Positions 10,877 to 22,145 of a stretch of DNA of 40,768 nucleotides are shown here, piece by piece. The first letter of the stretch is position 1. Each line of letters opens with the position of its first letter. The stretch lies in contig CAXUWE010000004.1 of NCBI GenBank assembly GCA_964255105.1, positions 1-40,768 on the forward strand, given 5' to 3'. This stretch comes from Porpidia crustulata. Lineage: Eukaryota. Both the position numbers and the translations under genes were made by a program. The notes below the pieces were generated by a model. That model had not been told where the DNA came from and made no database searches. It worked only from the letters and a program-made list of their open reading frames with translations.

Positions 10877-11463
10877 ATGTCCCCAATCACAAAAAACCCA
10901 GTCTACTTTGGCAGCTTCCTAGTGACTCCACAGGTTCGATCATCTACAGCTACACTGTTGATACATTTTCTAATTGTGTATTCAAGGTTTTCCACCTCAC
11001 AGCGCATTCTTTTGCACTGGTAAACCTGAAGCCTCTACTACCCGGTCATGTTCTCGTCTCTCCCCTTCGAGTCACGCCGCGACTGGCTGATCTCACCTAC
11101 GCTGAGGTAACAGATTTATTTCTTACGGTACAGCATGTCGGCCGCATGCTAGAGCGCGTCTATGGGGCATCAAGTCTCAATATAGCCATTCAAGATGGCG
11201 TGGATGCTGGACAGAGTGTACCGCACCTTCATACACATATAATACCTCGGAAGAAACAAGACTTGGAAGATAAGGGTGGGAACGATGCTATATATAGCAT
11301 GCTTGAAGGGAAAGAAGGTGATATTGGGAAATATCTTCAGGAGGGAGCTGGTGCGAGACCAAAGTTCCCTACGGTAGACGATGAGGCACGGCAACCGCGG
11401 AGCAAGGCGCAGATGGCGGAAGAAGCTCAAAGGCTTGCCATGGAGATGGACAAATCATTGTGA
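10877..11463 (+). CDS. hnt2: HIT-family bis(5'-adenosyl)-triphosphatase (FHIT/Hnt2/Aph1)
   Basis: Exon 1 (10877-10933, MSPITKNPVYFGSFLVTPQ), intron 10934-10986, exon 2 with FALVNLKPLLPGHVLV and QDGVDAGQSVPHLHTHIIPR (HxHxH triad) and a FHIT-type C-terminus (PRSKAQMAEEA). Confidence 0.9.
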
Positions 11464-11573
11464 GGCGACTTTTGCACCAAGATTTACAATCATTTCGAAA
11501 TGACCCAAATGATCGGCCTGCAAATAATGCAGCTGACCTGCACCAATTTCATCGAACTTGCAACAATATGCAT

Positions 11574-12958
11574 TCATAATTCTTGCACTTCTTTGATTTT
11601 CCGATCTTTGTCCACAACCAGACGCAGCTGCTTTCCCTGTACTTCGTTCCAGATACCTTCTCTCAACGGCTCTGTGTAAAGTTCATATGAAGGATAATCT
11701 ACTTGCATCAGCAAGCGACCGATTTGGGAGACTGATGCAAGCCTTACATCCATCGATAAAGACTTTAACTTGTTCATCTGTCATACCCGTCCCTTTTCTC
11801 CTTCGCAAGTCTAACTCTTGCTCTAGTCGCCACCCATAGACATAACTTATATCTGCAGCATCACTACACTGCGTTCAGCGCGACCTTCAAGGATACTAAA
11901 ACAAGCGTTAAATGACTTACATATGTATCAGTGCGTCAAGCAGGCTATATTTTAGTCAGACTATTTCTCTGCATGATTATCGGGCAAGTGCTGTCTTACT
12001 GTATGAGTTTCCCATATTCTGACAAAGCTGTGTTCACGAACTCGAGGTCTTCGAGTTTGCTCAATCCCAGCCTTCCATGATACTGTTTGGAGTGCGTCTG
12101 ATTCACGGCGTCTTTCCACTTTCGTTCCAATTCCGGAAATGGCAATGATCGAAAGCCGACGCACCAACCCTCCAGAATTACAACCTTGATCTTCTTTTCC
12201 CCCATTTGATTGACAACCGCCCATTCCTCCGGCAGCACTCGATCTCCCTTGCCCGCAAATGCGCTTTTGTCATAGCTCGGAATCGAGGTCTCTTCTCCTC
12301 GGCGGAGAAGATCGAAAATCGATAGTGCTAGCGGCAGATCGTGAGTGGACGGCTGCCCACGATGCTGGACCAAAGGATTGCTGGGATGATTTTGTGCCAA
12401 CCGAGCTAGTTCATCACGGGTCTGATATAAATCGTCTATGGACAGCACAACAGTAGGTAGGTTGTGGGGTGGATGAGTAAGAGCATCGGCAATGAAGTTG
12501 ACCTAATGTTCACAGCATAACATGAGCGCTTAGATTGAGTTCGACTTCGTTGATCTTGATAGAATAACAACAGGCGTGCGCCCAGCCAAAGACATGTTCA
12601 TCATTCATTGCATCGATCTAGAGCTTGGTGGGCAAGACTTAGTAGAAATGAGCAAGTCTAATGTGATTTAATAATAAACAGTTTATCAGTACAATAGAGA
12701 ACACGAAGGAAGGTCCCCGGCAAGCTCTTCGCGCTCTCTAAACACTTTGACTTCGGGGATGAAACGAAATAGACACACAGATATTCACTATGCAAAGGTT
12801 TTACAGGAACGCACCAGTACGGTTTTCCCGGCGCCTTGAATCCCGTTGATTCCAATGAAGAGTGGCGGTACCCATGATTCGTCCGCAAACCTTTGCTGCA
12901 GGAGGTGCAAGTGCTTGAGGATGAATGGTACACAGTGCGCAGCCTTTGTCTCCGGCAT
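11574..12958 (-). CDS. P-loop kinase, TDA10 / D-glycerate 3-kinase (GLYK)-like
   Basis: Exons approximately 12958-12815, 12502-12000, 11944-11921, then two further exons to the stop at 11574. Walker A FIGINGIQGAGKT, then LSIDDLY, RGQPSTHD, PSYDKSAFAGKGDR, ILEGWCVGF, VYGWRLEQE and GMTDEQVKVFIDGYYPSYELY. Confidence 0.85.
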
Positions 12959-13511
12959 TGCGGACAATATACACAATTTTCACAAGGTTCAGCAACAAGA
13001 AACCCGGAAAATCTTGGCAAGCCTCGGCTTCTGACGACGTGGAAGATAAAGCAGCTGAGTGAGTAGGTAATGAGCGGTGGTCGCGAATCCGATGGTGGAA
13101 GGAGGGTCGAGTCAAGTCTCTATTTTTATGTTCCGATACCGTATACTGCTTCAATAAGGAGTTCGATGGACACGCAGATCAAGTGTCCAGGCTTATTTAC
13201 CAGTCCAGGCTGCCTCAGAACGACATCAAGGCTCATATAAGGTCCATGCACAACCTATCTTTATCTAGTATTGAAATATGAATCCCAGATACTTCAAGTC
13301 TTCACTCTCAAAGCATGTGAAAACGAGTGGGGAGAAATGCGGGATGCGGGATGATGCGCGGGGTGCCGGCCGGAGCCAAATAAAGGCGTATCTCCGACCC
13401 GAGGCATTCTGGTTATGTCTATTCATCACAGGCTCGCTGTCACTCAAGTTATTATTTTCGCTCAGTCTCTGCCATTTCTTGTCCTTTCATTCCTCCAAAT
13501 TTTACCTCAAC
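12959..13511. promoter_or_regulatory. Divergent promoter shared by the TDA10-like kinase and foxA, with FarA-type and CreA-type sites
   Basis: CCTCGG at 13022-13027 and CCGAGG at 13399-13404 (about 110 bp before the foxA ATG). SYGGRG matches: GTGGGG at 13327-13332 and GCGGGG at 13358-13363. Confidence 0.5.
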
Positions 13512-16500
13512 ATGTCTGAATTACGCTTCGATGGGCAAACAGTCGTTGTGACGGGCGCTGGAGGAGGGTAAGTCAGATTTACATTCGTACTGTAGGGAGT
13601 ACGTAGCTGATTAGAGTAGGCTTGGAAAGGCCTATGCTTTATTCTTTGGCTCACGGGGCGCCAATGTTGTCGTTAACGATCTTGGAGGCTCTTTCAAGGG
13701 AGAAGGGACCTCTTCCAAAGTATACCTAGCTTCTCTAGCTTCCGGCCTTGAACGCCTTGGCTGATTATCTCCTGAAGACCGCAGACGTGGTAGTAGATGA
13801 GATACGAGGAGCAGGCGGAAAGGCCGTTGCGAATTATGACAGCGTCGAGAATGGTGATCGGATCATCGATACGGCTATCAAGGAATTTGGGGGGATTCAC
13901 GTCCTCCTCAACAATGCCGGCATTTTGCGGGATGTCAGCTTCAAAAACATGACAGACAACGACTGGGACTTGATCATTAAGGTTCATGTCCGGGGTGCAT
14001 ATAAAGTGAGTCTTTAGTGAAGACCTCTTGCAGGCCTCGGTATCTGATTAGGCTTCAATGGCAGTGTGCAAGAGCTGCTTGGCCCCATTTCAGGAAGCAA
14101 AAATATGGCCGGGTCATTAACACTACTTCTGCTGCGGGTCTCTTTGGTATTTTTGGCCAATGCAATTACTCTGGTACAAGCCCTCTGCTCTCGCAGTAGA
14201 AATTTGGACTGATCGCAGCAGCTGCCAAATTGTCTCAGGTTGGGTTCACAGAGACATTGGCGAAAGAGGGCTACAAGTACAATATTATATGTAACGTCAT
14301 TGCACCCATAGGTATGGATTCTCTGTTCGTGGCCAGGCCAGTACCCACCGGTCAAAGCCCGTCATATGTGTTTTAAATAGAATTATGGTCTTATCAAGTC
14401 TTGCTAACTTCAATCCAGCTGCGAGCAGGATGACTGAGACGGTAATGCCACCTGATATCCTTGAGAACCTCAAGCCAGACTGGATCATACCGTTAGTTGC
14501 CGTGCTCGTACATTCTTCGAACACCCATGAGACTGGATGCATCTTTGAAGTTGGTGGTGGTTATATTGCTAAGTTACGTTGGGAGCGGGCAAAAGGTGCA
14601 CTTCTCAAAATTGGCCCTACTTTGACACCTGGGGCGGTCCTCAAGAAGTGGAACAACGTCAATGACTTCTCCGAGCCAACCTACCCTACTGGTGTAGCTG
14701 ATTTCATGAGCCTGCTTGAAGAGGCGCAGAAGTTGGGTGACAATGACGTTGGGGAGAAGCTCGATTTTACCGGGAAAGTTGCGTTGATTACTGGTGCCGG
14801 GGCAGGGTAGATACCTTCTCGAGCAAGTGATTTTAGAATGTTACTGACTGCCACAGGTTGGGTCGGTCATACGCGTTGCTTTTTGCTAAGCATGGCGCGT
14901 CTGTCGTGGTCAATGATTTGATGAATCCCGACGATGTGGTACAAGAAATCCAGAAAATGGGTGGGAAAGCCGTGGGTAACAAGGCTTCCGCCGAAGACGG
15001 TGACGCTGTTGTCAAAGCGGCCGTTGATGCGTATGGCCGCATTGATATTGTCGTTAATAATGCGGGAATTCTCAGAGACAAGGCGTTCAACAACATGGAG
15101 GACAACTTGTGGGACCAAGTTATCGCTGTCCACCTTCGAGGGACATACAAGGTGACCAAAGCAGCATGGCCATACTTCCTGAAACAGAAATACGGACGAG
15201 TAGTCAACACAACAAGCACGAGCGGCATATATGGTAACTTTGGTCAAGCAAATTATGCAGCAGCGGTATGACCTTTCACTTCCATATAGTTGCACCGAGT
15301 GGCGCTGATTTAACCTAGAAACTTGGTATATTAGGATTCTCGCGTGCTCTCGCTCGAGAAGGTGCAAAGTATAACATATATGTCAACACGATTGCACCTA
15401 ATGCAGGCACAAATATGACGCGAAGTATCATGCCGGAAGAGATGGTTCAAGCATTTAAGCCTGAGCAAGTAGCTCCGCTTGTTGTGGCATTGAGCTCAGA
15501 CAAAGTACCCAATCCTCCAACAGGCAATTTGTTCGAAGTCGGCAGTGGGTGGCATGCTCGGACCAGATGGCAAAGAAGTGGTGGTCATGGGTTCCCTATC
15601 GATGTCAAATTAACCCCCGAGGCCGTTTTGAAGGAGTGGAAAGGTATCGTCAACTTCGACGACGGTAGGGCTGATCATCCAGAAGACAGCCAGGATGGCT
15701 TGAAGAGTATAATGAAGAATATGCAGAATAAGCGTGGTAGATCTGCAGGAAAGTCAATAGGCAATGCCAACCCCGAGATCTTAGACAACATTGAGAAAGC
15801 CAAGAAGATACAAGCCGATGGCACGGAGTTTCTCTATGACGATAAGGATGTTATACTGTATAATCTCAGTATCGGCGCAAAGCGCACAGAGCTCCCTCTG
15901 GTTTACGAAAATTCGGACTCTTTCCAAGCACTTCCTACCTTCGGTGTGGTTCCATTCTTCGGCGCCTCTACTCCGTTTAGCATGGATGAAATTCTTCCTA
16001 ATTTTTCACCTATGATGCTTCTTCATGGCGAGCAATACCTTGAGATTCGCAAATTCCCAATCCCAACGAATGCGAAGCTTGTCAGCTACCCCAAGCTGGT
16101 GGAAGTGGTAGATAAGGGAAACGCCGCCATCGTGGTTTCAGGAACCACTACTAAAGACGCAAACACAGGTCAAGACGTCTTCTACAACGAGATGTCGGCG
16201 TTCATCCGTGGAAGCGGAGGCTTTGGTGGCCCAAGTAAGGGCTCGACCAGAGGCGCAGCAACGGCGGCATACAAGCCGCCACAACGTCAACCGGACGCTG
16301 TGGTTGAGGAAAGCACAAGTCATGAGCAAGCAGCGCTGTACCGTCTCAATGGCGACAGAAACCCTCTCCATATCGATCCCGAATTCTCCAAAGTAGGTGG
16401 TTTCAAGACCCCAATCTTACATGGCTTGTGCTTCTTCGGCATCAGTGGGAAGCACGTCTATCAGACCTATGGGCCATTCATGAATATCAAGGTAAGGTTT

Positions 16501-16656
16501 GCAGGAACGGTACTACCAGGTCAGAAGTTGAGGACAGAAATGTGGAAAGAAGGTTCAAAGGTGATTTTCCAAACTAAGGTTGTGGAGACAGGGAAGCTGT
16601 GTATCGCTGGGGCAGGGGCGGAGTTAATGACGGGTAGCAAGAGTGCGAAACTATGA
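13512..16656 (+). CDS. foxA: Peroxisomal multifunctional beta-oxidation protein (hydratase-dehydrogenase-epimerase, MFE-2)
   Basis: Exons 13512-13567, 13620-13719, 13778-14005, 14065-14173, 14222-14311, 14419-14806, 14857-15265, 15319-16656. Two SDR domains (TGAGGGLG / [16 protein letters not shown], YxxxK), hydratase-2 motif [14 protein letters not shown]...ILHGLC, and C-terminal PTS1 -AKL. Confidence 0.97.
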
Positions 16657-16955
16657 CAGAAATTCAGTAGATTCTGCCTAGTCCTACTCTCATAGCGGAA
16701 GACCTACTTCTGTATAAATCTCAAAGCAAAATCAGCATTTACGAAAATATCTTAGTAGAAATAGTTATTCCTAAGAAATCTGTAGTTGGTATGAAGGCAC
16801 TAAGTTGACCGTGATATCTTATGATACTACGCTAGTGCCAGAAAATACCACGCTAGTATCTAGACTTGAGGCGCGTCATAATCGATCTTGACAAATGTGC
16901 CGTTTCTACGCAAGTCAATTTTGAGCTTGACTTTGAAACTTTCTGCCCGCAGATC

Positions 16956-17446
16956 ATGGCTAATGGGTACGTTCTGCAAAGCAGCAACCCAGAACAGTAC
17001 TGCTCCCGGCTAATCCTCATCGTCTCCTCCAGCGCGAGCATCATCATCGGCCTCGTCTTCGTCGTCGTCGCCTCCCTTCTAGCATACTTCTTTTCGCCGA
17101 AAGGCGACAACCAGACGTACGCATCCAGCTTGCTCCAAAGAGTCCCACGATGAAGAAAGCGTTGAGATGACGAAGCTGATGTAGAGATACGTGTGTACAG
17201 TGTTTGGCGCAGCTCCCTGATTCTCAGTTTCGCAAGTTGCTATCTGATGTGGGGTAGGGCTTCACTCCTTAAAAAAAACATTCCTTCCATTGCTTCCGCT
17301 TGCCAAAGCTCGGAGAATCACTTAAAAAGATCATGGACTCGGTGCTAATCATATACCTTTAACCCTTAGCCATAACCTTCCTGGCCCAATGGCACCCCCT
17401 CATAAAGCCTGCAAACAGCCAGCTGAGGCCGGAACATGTACCTTGA
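16956..17446 (+). CDS. vma9: V-type proton ATPase V0 subunit e
   Basis: Four exons (16956-16966, 17033-17116, 17201-17253, 17370-17446) with canonical splice sites give MANGASIIIGLVFVVVASLLAYFFSPKGDNQTVWRSSLILSFASCYLMWAITFLAQWHPLIKPANSQLRPEHVP*. PKG.NQ and CYLMWAITFLAQ.HPLI.P are subunit-e signatures. Not resolved by the ORF track. Confidence 0.93.
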
Positions 17447-18530
17447 GTGCGCGTGGAGTGGATTGTTTGCCTAAGGAAGGAGGTGAATCCATGTAAGCGG
17501 CGTTTGGGGAGGGGGTCATCCTTGGGCGCTGTTCTTGTGAGCGAGCAGCGGAGAAGATTTTACGGGGCTGCTGTAAGAATGATAGGGGTGCGCGTCTGTC
17601 AAAATGTACCGGTCAACATATGGAATGAGATTGCCTTCGATCCTCGTGGTGGGGGAAATATGTTCCACCATGGCGATACCAGCAAGTGGTCTCTGCAGTT
17701 CTTATCGCAGATGCCCAGTATTACCGTTATTGTCTAATCTCAAAGCAATGATGGACGTAGAGCCGCAAGCATCAATTATCGTGACCCTGTACGCCGTGGT
17801 GGCCATAACCGCGGTTCTCTGATAGAACTCTCTCCCCACCGTCATTTAACATACACCCCAAAACCTCTTCGTGACCCTACGAGATGACGACATTCGATGC
17901 TTCATCTTTAAAACATGACTACCGTCTTCTTCAAGGCGTCCCAGCTCGGCTTCCACTTGTCTGAAATCTGGCAGGGCATTCACGAGTACACGAGCAAACT
18001 GGCAAAGGTCGGGAGATTGGAAGCTACGTCAAAAGTTTTGGATCAGTAAGGTTGGTAATCTGAACATGATACACTATGCTATATATTGGGTTCACGATGG
18101 GGTGCTGCTCACCGAATTTATTCATCTTTCGTTGCATATCGGGCATAGCCATAGGACGTAGAAGCTCGGAATTTGAAAGCTATCATCTATCATAAATCTG
18201 GCATATGCCGTTGCCTAGCACTTTAAGTAAATAGGACCCCTTCCAGCGACTGTGCCAAAGCGCCACCCTTCCGCTCTTGGATGCATCCCAATCGCCGTGG
18301 GTATCAACAGACCCGAAAACAAAAGAAGAGACGTCTTGGTCGCATGGAGGAAGTCATGGGATCATGGTACAATGAGCAAAAAGGCTTGAACAGAGAAGGC
18401 GTATAAGTGAAGAGTCGCAAGGACGAGAACTTGCGCGGAGAAAATTTGCCATTATATAGCCCGTATCACTCTTGGTAGGAATTAGAGATAGAAGTTATGA
18501 CAAAGAGCTCAAGCCTGTTCCGTAAAATGG

Positions 18531-21349
18531 CTAGGGGACATCAGGTCGGGGCGTATTCTTCTCGTTGACACCTTGCCCTCTACACAGGGGACACGAGTTG
18601 CGTCCAGTGGTCAGCCACTGTAGGTTTTATATGTCAGCTATAGACCTTCCAATGAAGTTGAAGTAGCTGCATGCTTACCTCGTCAATGCATTCGCGGTGG
18701 AATATATGGGTACATTTGACTAATTTTCGTAGCTCTTCATCAGGCTCATAGTCAGAGAGACAAACCAAACATCGCTCGCCAGGAGCTAGCTGGATGTAGT
18801 CCATGCTGTGGGTGGCGTGTGCTACGAGTATATCTGTAGATCGCTGAACTCGATAGATACCTTGAGCCGAAGCGATATCTTCGCGACTGGCGACAGGTGG
18901 CTTCGCCGGTCCTAAAAGGGCTGACAGTAACATCATATCCTCATAGGTGGGATTCTAAAGGTCATGTGAATTAGTATTTCCACACAATGGACTTATTATG
19001 AAATCATTTGCTACTCACGTCCGTGAAAAGGCTTGGCGCCGCAAAAGCGGGATGGTCCTCGGAAAGATTAGTGCCAACCACGTAGATAAGCCAACTACGA
19101 CTGCCTTGTGGTTGAGCATCGTCATGCTCAACCTCATCCGGCTCTACTACGCCGTTGCGCCTTGCAGCCCCAGCACCGAGGTCCCGATGGCGTGCAAATT
19201 CCGAGTCACTTCGACGTCGCTGCTGGACTGAGCGTGTGGCTTGGTCTTCAGGGGTCAATATTCCCGCCTCGCGTAAGTGCTGTGTGGAAAGATCGCGATT
19301 TGGAAGGGGTGGATGATGCGCCGCAGACGCGGAGGATGGCCGCCGATTTGGTGTTGTTGTACCTGAAGGGAACGCTGAAAGCCCTGGCTCTGCTGGAGTT
19401 GACGGCGGAGGGTGCGGCCCCGGTGGAGACTCTGACATCATAGCTGATGTACTGGAGGTAGAAACGGGTGTTGGCTCTAGAGAACCTTGACGGCTTGAGC
19501 TGAGCGTACGCTGGTGGCGTTGGCTATCGTAATTCGCAGGGAAGGTATTAATGCCTCCCATTGATGCTCGTCGACGATGAGCAAATCTCGATCTTCCATC
19601 GGCATGTCTGAGCAACCCTCCGCCTCCACCTCTAAGGAGGTTGTGCGAGGGCGCGACAGGTAAACTCAATAGGGCATCTAAACTCGGGTCCGTGTTGGCT
19701 CCATCTTCGTGGACCACATGATCTGAAGGCACGGAGCGGACACCGACGACTACTAATGTGACGGTCCTCCCATCAGATCCATCAAAAGGATCGTCAGTGG
19801 CAGAGGGCCGTTCGTCACCTCTGGCGCGGGAAGATAAATTTTCAGTAGCCGAAGTCGTGTTGCTCGTACCACTGCCTGGCGCTGAGTTGACGAAACGGAA
19901 CACCCGCAGAAAGTTCAGAGGCGGCAGCGTGCCAGCAGGTCGTGTAAGGTCGTTGCCATTTTCAGTCGTACGGCCATCACCCGTCGAGGTTGTTGCCTGC
20001 TGCAAAGTTCGGAAAAGGGTATTCAGGCTTCCATCAAGCCCATCGGCACCGACAGCTTGCATGTTAGTAATGGCTTGTTCCGGAGTTCCTGACAGCTGAG
20101 CAGCGATGGCTGCTGCAGCCAAATGCAGTATTCGAGGCAGTGGACCTTCATCATCTCTCCTAATTAACCTGCTTGACCTTCCTCGAAGCATATTTGGCAT
20201 ACGCCGAGGCTCTCGTCTTGCCCCAGATCCACGTTCTGCCCAGCGCTCAGCCCAGCTGGTGCCTTCCGGCCGAGTCGTAGAGCGGTCGGGAGTCTCCGTT
20301 ACAGAAGGGAAAACCTGGATACCCTGGTCACGATTAGTCGGAAGCAAAGGATCAAATGCAGTGCCGTTCAAGTCAATGCTCGGATCTGTAACAGACAGTG
20401 AGGGGAGAAGATAGTCGGATTCATCGGCCATCATCACTGTTGCGGGACGGCGAGGTAAACTCTGAGTCCCCTGATCTCTCGGACTCTGCTCACGGCTTGT
20501 GAGAAGAAAATTGCTAATGGGGATCGATAGTGATCGTCTAATTCTAGACATCCGAGAATTTCGTACGGTAGATGTGAGAGTAGAGGGTAGGACGCCAGAT
20601 GGTGGAGGTATTCCCTCAGAAGCCTGACTTTGCATTGCTGCTGCCGTATAATTGGCCGAGGGCACAGATCCATCTATAACCATTGGAAAAGGTCTGGATA
20701 TAGGTGCAAGCTCTCTTCGCCGCCGGGGTCTAGAAGAAGTAGACGAGCCAGACGGCAAAGAGCCAAACATTGAAAAGCGGACGTTATTGCGTGGACCTGT
20801 GTCAACGGTGGGCGCTGGGGGAAGACGATCTGACAGTCTTCGCCGCAGCGGACGACCTTCTCCGTACCCTTCTTGATCGGTATTCGACGACCCAGTATAT
20901 GCATAGCGTGGTAGAAACCTTGAGCTGAGTCTTGATATAACGGAAGACCGTCTGGGCATTGGCGATGCGGTGATATGAGTGATAGGCGCATTACGCATGC
21001 CTAGCTCCTCCATGTGAACCAAAGGCCTCTCTTCTTGCTGCTCGTAAAAAATTTGATCTCGTGTTAAGGTATCACCATTGCTGCCCAAGCCTCCTCTGAC
21101 TGGGATAGATTGAGCAGATATGTGCCTACTGAATGTTGCAAACGGCCTTGTCGAGTGAGTATCTTGTGACTGAGGAAGTCTAGCTGATGGTACCGAGGGA
21201 GGCCGGTCTGTCTGTCCCTCCCCTCTCACATGCGCCCTAGCTTGTATAGTGGCCCTACTTTCCCAATCTTGAACCTGCTGTGGCAGCCTTCTAGGTTCAC
21301 GGTGAAGAAAGTCATTGCGTTCGCGTTGAGAAGACGTGCTTTGGCCCAT
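18531..21349 (-). CDS. RING-H2 E3 ubiquitin ligase with long disordered N-terminus
   Basis: Exons 21349-19019, 18954-18679, 18617-18531. C-terminal CLVCLSDYEPDEELRKLVKCTHIFHRECIDE/WLTTGRNSCPLCR is C3H2C3, preceded by SWLIYVVG..PSLFTD/NPTYEDMMLLSALLGPAKPP. Confidence 0.88.
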
Positions 21350-22145
21350 AGTCGGAAGCTCTTGTTATCGAGCCGAATTACCGAGTGGGACGGAGCAGCA
21401 ACGTGCTGCGTTGTATCATCTCGACATCAATGAATGATAAGCGTGGTGCAGAACTTGTAGCAGGTCCGAGAGCTTTGAACTGCTTCTTGCAAGGGCAGTT
21501 GTGCCTTGTAGCTCAGTCACTGACTGCCGTCTGTCCTAGATTGCTTGCTAGTAAGAATGGCCACCAAAGACAACTTTAGAACGACTTGTGGATCATGGAG
21601 TTGAAGAGAAAGTCGAAGAGGCAGACGGAGTTCAGCGCGTTGGCCGGGACTGGTGTGAAAAGGTCTTCAAATGGAATTGCTTAGTGAGTTGTGATATGTT
21701 GTGATCAGTAAATGTTTGAGGATGCAGTAGCTATTCGCTAACATAAGGCTGCACAAGGCAGGCAACATGGACTGCCGCCTCTCTGTCTAAAGCGTCCGAG
21801 GTCCCTCTTTTCATTAATGTGTGTACCTTCGATTCAACATCAAGATCCATACACGCAAAGCAAGTATTAATTCTCTATGGTATATCTATCTAAATTTACT
21901 TATCATCATCCATATGAGGATTCAGTTGAACCCTCGCGTGAAAAATATATGATAGCCTTCCTCTGGACCCGTCACCTGTGTTCATCATATACCAACATCT
22001 TCTTTCTGTGTCTCAGATAGTCCATTTTGTCAGCTTCTATTGGATACGAGCGAGTGTTAACACGTGCTCTTCATCAGTACAAATCTAAGTGTTAAGACAA
22101 CGTTTATGAAACCCTCTCAAGTTGTGCATTCTTTTCATCTTTAAC

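Noticed and set aside
17447..18060. Small ORFs between vma9 and the RING gene, including a 44-aa MTTVFFKASQ... ORF
   Set aside because: No homology cue or supporting signals; consistent with chance ORFs in 3' regions.
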